Part shown: one piece after another, positions 47,060 through 56,772 of the stretch
Numbering within the stretch: position 1 is the stretch's first letter
Layout of the letters: every line of letters begins with the position of its first letter
Assembly: GCA_045863395.1 (NCBI GenBank)
Contig: BTVJ01000026.1
Location: forward strand, 11,593 to 75,592
Source of the DNA: Myxococcales bacterium
Lineage (GTDB): Bacteria; Myxococcota_A; UBA9042; JABWCM01; BTVJ01
DNA length: 64,000 nt
Reading direction: 5' to 3'
The notes under the pieces: model-generated
Told to the model about the DNA's origin: nothing
The model's database searches: none
The model's input: the letters and a program-made list of their open reading frames with translations, nothing else
Program-made: the position numbers and the translations under genes

Positions 47060-48686
47060 CGGTGGTCCCGTCACAGTCGTCGTCCACGCCATTGCCCGGC
47101 TTCTCCGCCGCGCCGGGGTGGACGCCCGGGTTGTTGTCGTTGCAGTCGCCCTGGTCGCCGGTCACGCCGTCGCCGTCGTTGTCGAGGGTCGGGTCCAGCA
47201 CGACGTCGCCGTCGTAGCGTGGGTCCACCACCCAGAACTGGAGGTCGCACTTGGTCTCGTCGGAGCTCTCTCCGCACAGGTAGATGTGCCGCAGCGAGCC
47301 GGTCATCGAGGAGACGCGGCGCGGGGGGCACACGTACTGGAGGAAGCCCTGCTCGGTCGTCTCCTTGGTGCACACGCCGTTCTTGTCCGGCTGCCCCAGG
47401 TAGTCCATGGACAGCGGCAGGAACTTCTCGGCGAGGCCCGTGGAGCCGTAGATCTTCTTCTTTCCGCCGGTCACGCCCGACCACTGGGAGTACTCGAAGT
47501 AGCCCTCCAGGTCGGCGCAATAGGGGTCGTCCTGGCACTCGCCCCGGCAGGTGTTCTCGTCGCCCTTGTCGATGAGGCCGTTGTTGTTGCGGTCGCAGGC
47601 GATGAACCGGGTCGCGACCTCCACGTCGCTGAACCGCACCAGGTTGGACTCCAGGGCCTCCAGATAGCGGCTGTTGGCGTACACGTTGGTCAGGTACTCG
47701 ACCTGGTTCGCCACCAGCTCGCTCTTCAGGTCGGCCGTGACGGCAATCGGGGCTGGAGGCTCCGCGTCGACGTCGATGCCCGGGGTCTTCGGGTTGCAGG
47801 TGTCGCTTCCCTCCCAGAGGTCGTCGTAGCTCGGGAAGGTGAGCTGCGTCATGCCCACGTGCTCGTCCACGGCTCCCGAGACCTGGCAGATGATGTCGCC
47901 GTACTCGATGAAGCGGGGCTTGGAGTAGGTGAACACGAACAGGCCGTTGAAGTAGCGGTCCTGTGCCTGATCGTCCAGGTCCACCACGTAGAAGCCGTTG
48001 GCCACCACGTTCACCACGACGAGGCGCCCCGCGTCCACGACGACCTGCTGGCCCTCCAGCGGGGAGGTGTGCAGCTTGCTCGTGAGCTGGATGTCGCGGA
48101 TGCGCGGGTTCTGGAACCACAGGGTCTCGGTCGTCCCGGTGGCGAACGTCGCCTTGGCCTCCTGGTCGTCGTCCACCGACAGGCAGCCCGGGTCTGCGAG
48201 GTCCACGAGGCCGTTTCCGTCGTTGTCCAGCCCGTCGTTGCACTGGCCGTACTTCGCCGCCTTGGGGAAGAAGCCGTCCTGCTCGATCCAGACGTGGGAC
48301 TCGCCGATGGCGCGGTTCACGAAGATCTCCAGGCCCTTGGCCTTGCCGCCCTTCACGAGGTGCCAGGACGTGGACGGCGCCACCCGCCCCGGGGTGATCC
48401 GCGCCCGCACCATGCCAGTGAACGGGAAGTGCTTGCCGTCGCGCCCCATGGCCGCCACGTCGACCACGACCCTCACGTGGCACTCGCCGTCGACACAGAC
48501 CTCGCCGTCCTCGCAGTCCGGGTCGCCGCTGCAGGGCTTGCCGCTGACGAACGGGAGGCGGTCCTTGGCGGTGCCGGCGGTGCCGGGAGTCAGGGACACC
48601 TGAAAGGACTGGAGCCCCTGGTCCAGGGCGTACTCGCTGGTGCACCCGGCGAGCAGCGCGAGCGCGACGGTGATGGAGCGTGCCAC
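47049..48686 (-). CDS. Lipoprotein with C-terminal DGDG/DDDC putative metal-binding motif
   Basis: GTG start 48686, 1 nt after the upstream gene stop; MARSITVALALLAGC (lipobox L-A-G-C); C-terminus DGDGVTGDQGDCNDNNPGVHPGAAEKPGNGVDDDCDGTTDEA. 3' end overlaps the OMP gene start by about 11 nt. Confidence 0.7.
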   Translation of the reverse strand: MARSITVALALLAGCTSEYALDQGLQSFQVSLTPGTAGTAKDRLPFVSGKPCSGDPDCEDGEVCVDGECHVRVVVDVAAMGRDGKHFPFTGMVRARITPGRVAPSTSWHLVKGGKAKGLEIFVNRAIGESHVWIEQDGFFPKAAKYGQCNDGLDNDGNGLVDLADPGCLSVDDDQEAKATFATGTTETLWFQNPRIRDIQLTSKLHTSPLEGQQVVVDAGRLVVVNVVANGFYVVDLDDQAQDRYFNGLFVFTYSKPRFIEYGDIICQVSGAVDEHVGMTQLTFPSYDDLWEGSDTCNPKTPGIDVDAEPPAPIAVTADLKSELVANQVEYLTNVYANSRYLEALESNLVRFSDVEVATRFIACDRNNNGLIDKGDENTCRGECQDDPYCADLEGYFEYSQWSGVTGGKKKIYGSTGLAEKFLPLSMDYLGQPDKNGVCTKETTEQGFLQYVCPPRRVSSMTGSLRHIYLCGESSDETKCDLQFWVVDPRYDGDVVLDPTLDNDGDGVTGDQGDCNDNNPGVHPGAAEKPGNGVDDDCDGTTDEA

Positions 48687-48687
48687 G

Positions 48688-51318
48688 TCAGCCCTCCGGC
48701 TCGTCCGGGTCGAGGTCGGGAGGCAGGTCCTCCAGGTTGGGCGGGAGGATGCGGCTGATCCGCGCGTCCGACTCGGCGCGCGGGCAGGGGAGCGTCGTGC
48801 ACTCGGTGTGCGCCTGCCACTCCACGTCCAGGTAGCACGCGGTCTCCCGGTCCGTCAGCGTGTAGCAGTCCCGGGGCATGCACCTCCCCTCGAAGCAGAG
48901 GCTGTAGGCGGGGCAGTCCTCGTTGCCGTCGCACAGCGCCCGGCAGCGCCCCTGCACGCACTGGGAGACCGGCGCGACGCAGAGGCCCCTTGCGCACACG
49001 TCGCCGCCTCCACAGTGCGCGTCCTCGCTGCACGGAGCGCAGCGCCCCTTGGCGCCCGGCTCGGCGCACCAGCCGTGGACGCACGCCTGCCCCGCGCCGC
49101 AGCCCTTCGTGGTGGTGCACTTGGTGCGCTTCGGCTCGCAGAAGCCGTTCCTGCACAGGGCGTCGAGCCCCTTGGCCACGCAGTCGGCGTTCTGCTTGCA
49201 GGTCGGCAGCGTGCCGAAGCAGGCGCGCACGCTGTCGGTACACTCGCCGTCCGCCTCACACGGGGTGGCGGTCGCCGGCAGACAGAACCCGCTGGAGTCG
49301 GTCTCGGCGAGCTTCACGCAGGCGTTCTGGCCCTTGGCGGCCTTGCTGGCGTGGCAGTCGCCGTCGCCCTGGCAGCGGTTGCGGCACCGGCCGAGCACAC
49401 AGGTGTAGGCGGGGGTCACGCAGACGCCCTGAAAACACTCCTGGCCGTCGCCGCACTCGAGGGAGTGGGTGCACGCCTTGCACTTGCCCCCGGCGCAGGC
49501 CGCGTCGAGGCGGTAGCAGTCCCCGTCGCCCTTGCACTGGCCGTCGTCCACCGCGCAGTGGTAGGGCGTCGTCAGCTCGCCGGGCGTCGTCTCGGCGATG
49601 TGCTCGCAGAACTGCCCCCGGTACTTGACCAGCGACTCCATGCAGGCGCCGTAGGTCGTACACCCCTCGAGCTGCACCTGGCCGTCCACGCGGCAGTCGT
49701 CGATGCAGCGCTGGGAGCGGATGATCTCCTCCTGCACCGCGTCGCGCAGCGGCACCCCCGAGTCCACCTGGGTGTTGTTGATCTTGAGCACCGTGAAGCC
49801 CGACCCGCCCCCGGCGATGTAGTTGTTGGTGGCCATCTCGTAGACGCCGTAGGGGTTGATGGGCGTCTCCTGGCACAGCGTCTTGTCCTTGATGTTGGAG
49901 TCACCGCAGTTGGTGATCACGACGTTCTCGGCGCGTGGCGGGCACTCGTCGCCGCAGTTGTCGCCCTCCTTCGGGAAGGTGCAGTTCATGGTGAAGCGCA
50001 GGCCCGCCACCTGGACCTGCGTGATGCAGCCGCGCCCCGCGCTGCGCCGCGTGGTGTAGTCCAGCAGGTCCTGGATGTCCTTGCCGCTCATGTACATGGT
50101 CGTGATCGTGTTCTCGAAGGGGAACACGTTGAAGAGGTCGTCCATGGTGATGGGGCCGGGGAAGATGTCGGTGCGGATTCCGAGCGTGTTCGTCAGCCCG
50201 AAGTCGGCCCAGGCGTGCTTGCGGATGGCCTCGGCCACGAAGTTGCCGAGGGGGGCGTCTCCGCCGTCGAAGCCGAAGCGGCGGATGTGGCGGTCCGCGA
50301 AGCCGTAGACGCTGGTCAGGTCGAAGATCTGGTTCATCTTCAGCCGGTACGGCTCCAGGAGGTCGAGCATGACCGGATCCTCGGGCACCGAGCTGTCGAT
50401 GGGGAAGATGGCGTAGTCGTGGTTGACCACCTCGCCGTCCCGGACGACGACGTCCAGGCGCGCGACGAACTTGGCGAAGGCGCCCGGGTGGGTCAGGATC
50501 ACGCTGCGGCCGGCCTTGTCCTTGATGACCTTCGGCGGGTTGAGGACGATGTGCAGGTGTCCGCCGAGGATGATGTCGAGGCCCTCGGTGTGCTGGATGA
50601 TCTCCTCGTCCTCGCCGAGGCCCGCGTGGCTGACGGCGACGATCAGATCCACCTGGGGGCGGAGCACGTTGATCCAGTCCTGCACGGTCTGGACGATGTC
50701 CAGCGGGACGATCTTGAGGCTGTTGCCGACTTCGGTCACCGACGAGATGGACGAAAAGTTGGCGATGCCGATGATCGCGATCTTCAGGCCGTCCTTGTTG
50801 ACGATCTCGACCGGGCGCACCAGGTCGTTCAGGGGGTTCCCCTTGATGAACAAGTAGTTGGCGGCGATCACCGGGTACGTGGCCCACGCCTTGAGCTGCT
50901 TCGCGTAGTTCGTGAGCCCCTCGTCGAACTCGTGGTTGCCGATGACCACGGCGTCCGGTTGGAGCTGGCTCATGACCCGCTGCTCCACCTCGCCCTTGAA
51001 GGCATTGAAGATCGGTGCGCCCTGGAAACAGTCGCCGCTGTCGACGAGGACGACGCGGCCCCCCCGCGCGCGCTCCCGCTTGATGACGTGCGCCATGCGC
51101 GCCGCCCCGCCGAAGGGCTCGTTGTCCTGGAGCAGGCCCATGCCCTCGTCACCAGCGCCGACCTGAGCGCGGTAGGGAATCAGGCGAGAGTGGATGTCGG
51201 AGGTGTGCAGGAAGGTGACGCGGATATCCTGGCCCGCGAGGGTCGGGTTCTCGTGTCGCTCCGTACAGGCCGCGAGAAGGGTTGTGATGGCTATAACCAG
51301 GCGAAACCATTGAGTCAT
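48688..51318 (-). CDS. Bifunctional metallophosphatase/5'-nucleotidase-like lipoprotein with long C-terminal Cys-rich domain
   Basis: GAGGGA RBS before ATG 51318; MTQWFRLVIAITTLLAAC (lipobox); metallophosphatase motifs FLHTSDIHSRL, VDSGDCFQGAP, GNHEFD, SHAGLGEDEE, GGHLH; 5'-nucleotidase C-domain; then about 350 aa with more than 50 Cys. Confidence 0.85.
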   Translation of the reverse strand: MTQWFRLVIAITTLLAACTERHENPTLAGQDIRVTFLHTSDIHSRLIPYRAQVGAGDEGMGLLQDNEPFGGAARMAHVIKRERARGGRVVLVDSGDCFQGAPIFNAFKGEVEQRVMSQLQPDAVVIGNHEFDEGLTNYAKQLKAWATYPVIAANYLFIKGNPLNDLVRPVEIVNKDGLKIAIIGIANFSSISSVTEVGNSLKIVPLDIVQTVQDWINVLRPQVDLIVAVSHAGLGEDEEIIQHTEGLDIILGGHLHIVLNPPKVIKDKAGRSVILTHPGAFAKFVARLDVVVRDGEVVNHDYAIFPIDSSVPEDPVMLDLLEPYRLKMNQIFDLTSVYGFADRHIRRFGFDGGDAPLGNFVAEAIRKHAWADFGLTNTLGIRTDIFPGPITMDDLFNVFPFENTITTMYMSGKDIQDLLDYTTRRSAGRGCITQVQVAGLRFTMNCTFPKEGDNCGDECPPRAENVVITNCGDSNIKDKTLCQETPINPYGVYEMATNNYIAGGGSGFTVLKINNTQVDSGVPLRDAVQEEIIRSQRCIDDCRVDGQVQLEGCTTYGACMESLVKYRGQFCEHIAETTPGELTTPYHCAVDDGQCKGDGDCYRLDAACAGGKCKACTHSLECGDGQECFQGVCVTPAYTCVLGRCRNRCQGDGDCHASKAAKGQNACVKLAETDSSGFCLPATATPCEADGECTDSVRACFGTLPTCKQNADCVAKGLDALCRNGFCEPKRTKCTTTKGCGAGQACVHGWCAEPGAKGRCAPCSEDAHCGGGDVCARGLCVAPVSQCVQGRCRALCDGNEDCPAYSLCFEGRCMPRDCYTLTDRETACYLDVEWQAHTECTTLPCPRAESDARISRILPPNLEDLPPDLDPDEPEG

Positions 51319-51541
51319 CGCGCACCGTCCCTCGTTGGCCCGCCGGCCCGGCGCAACAGGTATCACACGCCCACCCCCCGATCAAGCCGTGGCGCCCAAG
51401 GGGGTGAACGTAACCCGCGCGCAGATCGCGGGATGTGGGGCCGGGCGACGTGGGTTGAACCGGCGTTCGCGCTCTGGAATACTGTCGCGCGGTCCCGCGC
51501 GGGGACCTGCCGCCCACGCCCCAACTCTCCTCGGAGGCCTC

Positions 51542-52123
51542 ATGCTCCCCCGCAGAGCCATACTCTTGATGCTGCTGCTGCTTGCAGCGCCCGCGCGCGC
51601 CACCGTCGTCCTCGAGGTAGGCCTCGACGACATGAGCCGCACCTCGGACGTGATCTTCCACGGCGTCGTGACCCGGACCGACGTCGTTGCCGTCGGCGGG
51701 GACGCCACGCGACTCGTAACCGACGTCACCTTCTCGCTGACCGAGGTGCTCAAGGGGCGGGCGCTCGTGCCGGAGCCGAGCTTCACGCTCCGGCTGATCG
51801 GGGGGCAACGGGGCGGGCTCGAGCTGCGCATCCCTGGGATGCCGCGCTTCAGTGAAGGGGACGAGGTCGTCATGTTCCTGGAGCGCACCGAGGGAGGCTT
51901 CGCCATCACGGGTCTGTCCCAGGGGCGCTTCGAGGTGCGCGTCGATGCTGAGACCGGCGAGCGGGTGGTCGACCGGTCGCTCGGAAGCGTGGGGGTGGCG
52001 CGGTTCGGTGCGGGCGGCGAGTTCGAGATGACAGAGGCGCCGGCCAGCCTGGTGCGCTACCCCCTTGCGAACCTGCTCGACGAGGTGCGCCACTGGATCG
52101 CCGAGGACGGGGTGGCCCGATGA
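51542..52123 (+). CDS. Secreted hypothetical protein
   Basis: GGAGG RBS before ATG 51542; signal peptide MLPRRAILLMLLLLAAPARA; stop overlaps the next ATG. Confidence 0.5.
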   Translation: MLPRRAILLMLLLLAAPARATVVLEVGLDDMSRTSDVIFHGVVTRTDVVAVGGDATRLVTDVTFSLTEVLKGRALVPEPSFTLRLIGGQRGGLELRIPGMPRFSEGDEVVMFLERTEGGFAITGLSQGRFEVRVDAETGERVVDRSLGSVGVARFGAGGEFEMTEAPASLVRYPLANLLDEVRHWIAEDGVAR

Positions 52124-54222
52124 AGCGCGCCCTCCTGATCGTGTCGGGCCTGCTGCTCTGGGCGCCTGCTGCCTCCGCGTCCAGCATCGCCCTGTCGGAC
52201 TACTACAACAAGCTCGTCCGGTGGACCATCTCGACGGTCCCGTACCACCTGAACCCCGCCGGCTCCGACGACATCGGGGACGGCAGCGACATCCAGGCCA
52301 TCAAGGAGTCGTTCAACGACTGGATCACGCTCCCGTGCTCGTCGCTGAAGATCAACCACCTGGGGGCCGCCGGCAACACGAGCCTGCTGACGGGTGCTCA
52401 GGCCAACGGCAAGAACGAGCTCCACTTCGTGGAGAACTCGGCCTGGACCTATGGCAAGTACGTGCTGGGCGTGACCGCGCCGCTCTACGACTACAACGGC
52501 AAGATCTGGGAGTCGGACATCGCGTTCAACGGCTACCTCCAGTCCTGGTCCACGACGGGCGGGTGGGGCAAGACCGACGTGAAGGCCATCGCGATCCACG
52601 AGATCGGGCACTTCTTCGGGATCCAGCACAACCTGGGCGGCTACTCCTCCTCGTCGCCGCCGACCATGGCGCCGTCGTGGGACGGGACGCTGAAGCAGCG
52701 GACCCTGGAGCAGGACGACAAGAACTCGTTCTGCTTCCTCTACAACAACGCCAACTACACCTGCGGCACCGACGCGGACTGTCCCTACGTGGTGGGCCAC
52801 AAGTCCAACGGGCAGGAGTACTACACAGGGAAGTACGTGTGCAGCGGGGGCAAGTGCCAGCTCGGGTCGGGCTCGGGGACGGCCGGCGGCACCAAGGGGC
52901 TCGGCGAGAAGTGCAGCACGAACCAGGACTGCAAGTCACCCTACTTCTGTCAGCCCGTGTGGGGGCAGGGGAGCATGTGCTCGCAGGTGTGCAACCCGAG
53001 CTCCAGCACGAGCTGCCCGGGCGGCTTCGTGTGCGTCCCCTACGAGGGTCAGAGCTCGGGGGCGTGCATCCCCGGCGGGCCGACCACCAAGAGCGACGGG
53101 GCCGCATGTGAGGCGTCGAGCGAGTGCAAGTCGGGTTACTGCGGGACCAACCCCGTGGACGGCTCGTTGGAGTGCCGCCAGACCTGCACCGTCGGCGAGG
53201 CGGGGCACTGCACCAAGAGCCAGGTGTGCGTACCGTCCCACGGCAGCGCGTCCTCGGCGGGAGCCTGCTGGGGTGTGGATGACGTGGGGGCGGTCAACCG
53301 CGCTGACACGGATGGCTGCGACTTCGACTGGCAGTGCAAGAGCGGGCGATGCGTGCTCGACCAGGCGAGCGGGGAGCAGTTCTGCCGCGCGGCGTGCAGC
53401 CCGGCGCACCCGAGCTGCGCCGCCGGGACGTGGTGCGTCGAGCTGTCGCCGCAGGTGGGCGCCTGCATCCCTGGTTCTCCGCCTCCGCCCCCCGAGAAGC
53501 TCGAGGACGGGGCGATCTGCGCTACGAACGAGGAGTGCAAGAGCGGCGTCTGCGCCAAGCCCGCCGGGGGCACACGCACCGTGTGCGTCACGCCTTGCGC
53601 GCTCGCGGACGACGCGTGCCCCGCAGGTCAGGTGTGCGTCGGCTCTGGCGACGCGGTCTGGGGCGCTTGCCTGCCGGCGGCGCTCCCCGCGGGCGCGTCC
53701 TGTGGGGGACCTCAGGACTGCAGCAGCGGGCTGTGTCTCGATTCGGGCAGCGGGTCCGTCTGCGTCCAGGCCTGCTCGGAAGGGGGTGTCTGCCCCTGCG
53801 GGACGAGCTGCCAGTTCGCGGTAGGTGGCGACGTCTGCGTGCCCGACGCCACGGCGCCGACCTGCGCGGCGGCGGGCGTGCAGTGCGCGAGCAACCTGGA
53901 GTGCGGGAGCGGGCGGTGCCAGGGCGGGGAGTGCAGCGGCGAGGCTGGTGGCTCGGGTGGCTCGGGTGGGTCGGGTGGGTCGGATGCTGCGAGTGGCCCT
54001 GGCGGCGGCTCCGGCAGTGGCTCCGGTGATGCCGCGGGCGGAGCAGGCGGCGACGCAGCGGGCGGCGGAGTCGAGGCGCCAGGAGGCGTCGGCGGGGAGG
54101 CAGACCTCAGCGGCAGCGCAGCCGGCGGCGGCTGCGGGGCGACCAGCGGCCCGGGCGGCGGCCTGCTGGCGATGCTCGCGTTGCTCGGTTGGCTGACCGT
54201 TCGCCGGCGCGTGGCCGCCTGA
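52120..54222 (+). CDS. Secreted matrixin-like zinc metalloprotease (M10 family) with Cys-rich repeat region and MYXO-CTERM-like sorting tail
   Basis: Signal peptide MKRALLIVSGLLLWAPAASA; zinc motif HEIGHFFGIQH (HExxHxxGxxH); repeated Cys-rich units (CxSGxC…); Gly/Ser-rich spacer; C-terminus GGGCGATSGPGGGLLAMLALLGWLTVRRRVAA. Confidence 0.85.
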   Translation: MKRALLIVSGLLLWAPAASASSIALSDYYNKLVRWTISTVPYHLNPAGSDDIGDGSDIQAIKESFNDWITLPCSSLKINHLGAAGNTSLLTGAQANGKNELHFVENSAWTYGKYVLGVTAPLYDYNGKIWESDIAFNGYLQSWSTTGGWGKTDVKAIAIHEIGHFFGIQHNLGGYSSSSPPTMAPSWDGTLKQRTLEQDDKNSFCFLYNNANYTCGTDADCPYVVGHKSNGQEYYTGKYVCSGGKCQLGSGSGTAGGTKGLGEKCSTNQDCKSPYFCQPVWGQGSMCSQVCNPSSSTSCPGGFVCVPYEGQSSGACIPGGPTTKSDGAACEASSECKSGYCGTNPVDGSLECRQTCTVGEAGHCTKSQVCVPSHGSASSAGACWGVDDVGAVNRADTDGCDFDWQCKSGRCVLDQASGEQFCRAACSPAHPSCAAGTWCVELSPQVGACIPGSPPPPPEKLEDGAICATNEECKSGVCAKPAGGTRTVCVTPCALADDACPAGQVCVGSGDAVWGACLPAALPAGASCGGPQDCSSGLCLDSGSGSVCVQACSEGGVCPCGTSCQFAVGGDVCVPDATAPTCAAAGVQCASNLECGSGRCQGGECSGEAGGSGGSGGSGGSDAASGPGGGSGSGSGDAAGGAGGDAAGGGVEAPGGVGGEADLSGSAAGGGCGATSGPGGGLLAMLALLGWLTVRRRVAA

Positions 54223-54368
54223 CCTCCGTGTGAGCGCCGGGGGGGGCGCGGGGGGAGAGCTTCACCCTGGACTTGGGGCGGCATGGACTTCGACGCTCGA
54301 CCGCGGTAAGACTGGGGCGCCCGCTGGCGCTCCACCCTTACCGGGGCGCGGCGCGGCGGAGGTCCTTC

Positions 54369-55382
54369 ATGCAGAGCGCGTCCGAGCGAGACAGTATCCT
54401 CCGGTGGTCGCCAGGGTCGCCTCGTGGCCACGTGGAGTCCACCTTCCTCAAGCTGAACCTGGTGTCGCGGCGGCAGGCGCTCTGGCTCAAGTTCACCGTC
54501 TTGGAGCCACCTCCTGGTCACGGCGACGCGCAGGCCGCCGTGTGGGCGATCTTCTTCGACGTGGACCACCCGGAGCGCCGGCGCGCCGTCAAGCGCGTGA
54601 TGCCCGCGTCCGACATCTCCTGGCAGGCTGACCGATTCCTGCTGCGCTTCGGCGACTGCGAGATGGCCCGCGGTCGCAGCCATGGGAGCGTCTCTGGGGC
54701 GGGGAGCATCGCCTGGGACCTGACGTGGACCACGGGCGAGGAGAGCTTCCGGCACTTTCCTCACGACCGCATGTACGAGCTGCCCCTCCCTCGCTCCAAG
54801 GCTCTCAGCCCCACCATCGACGCGCGCTTCCAGGGCACGGTGACCGTCGACGGTGAGCGCATCGAGGTGGTCGAGGCGCCCGGGATGCACGGCCACAACT
54901 GGGGGGAGAACCACGCGCGGGAGTGGGTCTGGGCCCACTGCAACGCGTTCGCGGAGGACGGCGTCGTCTTCGAGGGACTCAGCGCGCGCGTCGCGCTGGG
55001 TCCCATCACGACACCAGCGCTGACCATACTGCACCTCAGGACCCCAGTGGAGACGGTGACGTTCAACCGGCTGCGGGATCTCGTAGCCAGCGCGAGCCGC
55101 CAGCACGGGCTGTACTGGAGCTTCGAGGCGACCGGGGGGCCCTGGCGCCTTCGTGGCGTCGTCCACGGGAGCCCTGACCGCTTCGTGGGCGTCGACTACC
55201 ACGACCCGGACGGCACAGTGCACCACTGCCTGAACTCCAAGGTCGCCGTCGCGGAGCTGACCCTGCTGCGTCGTCACGGCGCGACATGGTCCCCTTACGG
55301 CCAGTGGCGCAGCGACGACTCCTGCGCGCTGGAGATCGGGACCTGCGGCGACACCCACGGCGTCCCCATCCTGCTCCCCTGA
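54369..55382 (+). CDS. Hypothetical protein
   Basis: ATG 54369 (MQSASERDSILRW…); balanced composition; no family recognised with confidence. Confidence 0.5.
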   Translation: MQSASERDSILRWSPGSPRGHVESTFLKLNLVSRRQALWLKFTVLEPPPGHGDAQAAVWAIFFDVDHPERRRAVKRVMPASDISWQADRFLLRFGDCEMARGRSHGSVSGAGSIAWDLTWTTGEESFRHFPHDRMYELPLPRSKALSPTIDARFQGTVTVDGERIEVVEAPGMHGHNWGENHAREWVWAHCNAFAEDGVVFEGLSARVALGPITTPALTILHLRTPVETVTFNRLRDLVASASRQHGLYWSFEATGGPWRLRGVVHGSPDRFVGVDYHDPDGTVHHCLNSKVAVAELTLLRRHGATWSPYGQWRSDDSCALEIGTCGDTHGVPILLP

Positions 55383-55500
55383 ACGGTCGGCGCTGTGAGA
55401 ACCGGTGAGCGCGGCGCACTCGGCTCCGCAGGGAGGCCGCGGAGTGCGCGGTGGTCGGGGCTTGCCCAGCGGGGTCCCTGCTCGCGAGGATAGGAAATAT

Positions 55501-55603
55501 GAGTATGCTTGACCCCCAGTTTTGACCCCCAGTTTTGACCCCCAGTTTGACCCCCAGTTTGACCCCCAGTTTGACCCCCGGTTCAGTTTTCGACCCCCAT
55601 TTT
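55501..55603 (+). repeat. GAGTAT-N3-TGACCCC motif followed by short tandem repeats: GACCCCCAGTTTT x2, GACCCCCAGTTT x3, then 2 degenerate copies, in a lower-G+C intergenic region
   Basis: Units at 55511-55523, 55524-55536, 55537-55548, 55549-55560, 55561-55572, degenerate 55573-55603. Confidence 0.9.
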
Positions 55604-55857
55604 GGCGTTGCGTCACATGGTAGGTGTATTCGCGAGCTCGAACTGCATGGTCAGGTGTTACCCAATGTCTGGAATATTGGTCGTATCTTCGGTTGTGCCT
55701 TCGGCGTAGTGGAAGCGCCCGGTGGGCTCGCGGACTGAATTGGTCCTTGTTTGGCCCGCGATGTGGCGGTACGCTTCGAAGAGCAGCGCCACGTCGGCGA
55801 GGACGTGAGCCGAGCGGCGCCCCGACTGTCCTCGGAAGGGACATTCAAGGAGGTTGC

Positions 55858-56757
55858 ATGAGCCGGACCTCGGTAGCGCTCGCTCTCGTCGCCTTCGTGT
55901 CGAGCACCGCGCGTGCAGACGACCCTCCGTTCGTCCCCTGGACCTCGCTTCTGCCGGGCCTCTCCGCGGGCTACGACCCGTCGAGCGAGAACCTCTGCAA
56001 GAAGGGGCACCCGCAGTGTGTCAGCTCGGTGATCCACGAGATGGACAAGCGGTTCACCAAGCTGGCGAAGGTGTGCGACCACGACGCCCTGTTCGCCCTC
56101 GTCTATCTGCGGACCACGGAGGAGTACCAGCGGGCGAGCCTGGAGCCCGGCTTCTTCTCGGACCCGGCCTTCCTCAACCACGAGGCCGCGGTCTTCGCTG
56201 CATACTACTTCGACGCGTGGGACGCCTGGCACGGCGGCTTCAAGAGCGCCGTGCCGGCAGCCTGGAGCATCGCCTTCGACGCAGCCGGCAAGAAGCAGGT
56301 GAAGGGGCTCGGGAACATCTTCCTCGGCATGAACGCGCACATCCAGCGTGACCTCCCGTTCGTGCTCGACGCCATCGGGCTCGTGAAGCCGGACGGGAGC
56401 AGCCGCAAGCCGGACCACGACAAGGTGAACGAGTTCCTCAACCGAGTCGCCGACGAGGCCCTGCCCGAGGCCGCACGCCGCTTCGACCCGAGCATCCAAG
56501 GCACCTCCGCCCCGGGAATCCTCCTCGACGACTTCCTGAACTTTCAGGTGGTTGCCGCGTGGAGGGAGCTTGCCTGGCGACACGCCGAGCTGCTGGCCGA
56601 GGCGCCGACCCCGGCCGCCCGGGCCCTGGTGGCAGCGGAGATCGAGGCGTACGCCGCCAGCCAGGCCACCCTGCTGCGCCTGGCCTTCGGCTACGGCCTG
56701 CTGGGAGGCAGCACGTCACGGGACGCGTGGTGCGCGGTGCACAACTTTGACCCCTGA
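55858..56757 (+). CDS. Secreted hypothetical protein
   Basis: AAGGAGG RBS before ATG 55858; signal peptide MSRTSVALALVAFVSSTARA; the ORF-track start 55624 lies in the repeat-containing intergenic region. Confidence 0.6.
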   Translation: MSRTSVALALVAFVSSTARADDPPFVPWTSLLPGLSAGYDPSSENLCKKGHPQCVSSVIHEMDKRFTKLAKVCDHDALFALVYLRTTEEYQRASLEPGFFSDPAFLNHEAAVFAAYYFDAWDAWHGGFKSAVPAAWSIAFDAAGKKQVKGLGNIFLGMNAHIQRDLPFVLDAIGLVKPDGSSRKPDHDKVNEFLNRVADEALPEAARRFDPSIQGTSAPGILLDDFLNFQVVAAWRELAWRHAELLAEAPTPAARALVAAEIEAYAASQATLLRLAFGYGLLGGSTSRDAWCAVHNFDP

Positions 56758-56772
56758 CTCCGGGAGGTGGCG

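Noticed and set aside
55511-55603. Tandem repeats considered as a CRISPR array
   Set aside because: Units are 12-13 bp with no spacers and no cas genes nearby; not CRISPR-like.
55535-55738. 67-aa ORF beginning MTPSLTPSLTPSL
   Set aside because: The repeated TPSL is simply the translation of the GACCCCCAGTTT tandem repeat; no RBS and an intergenic position.
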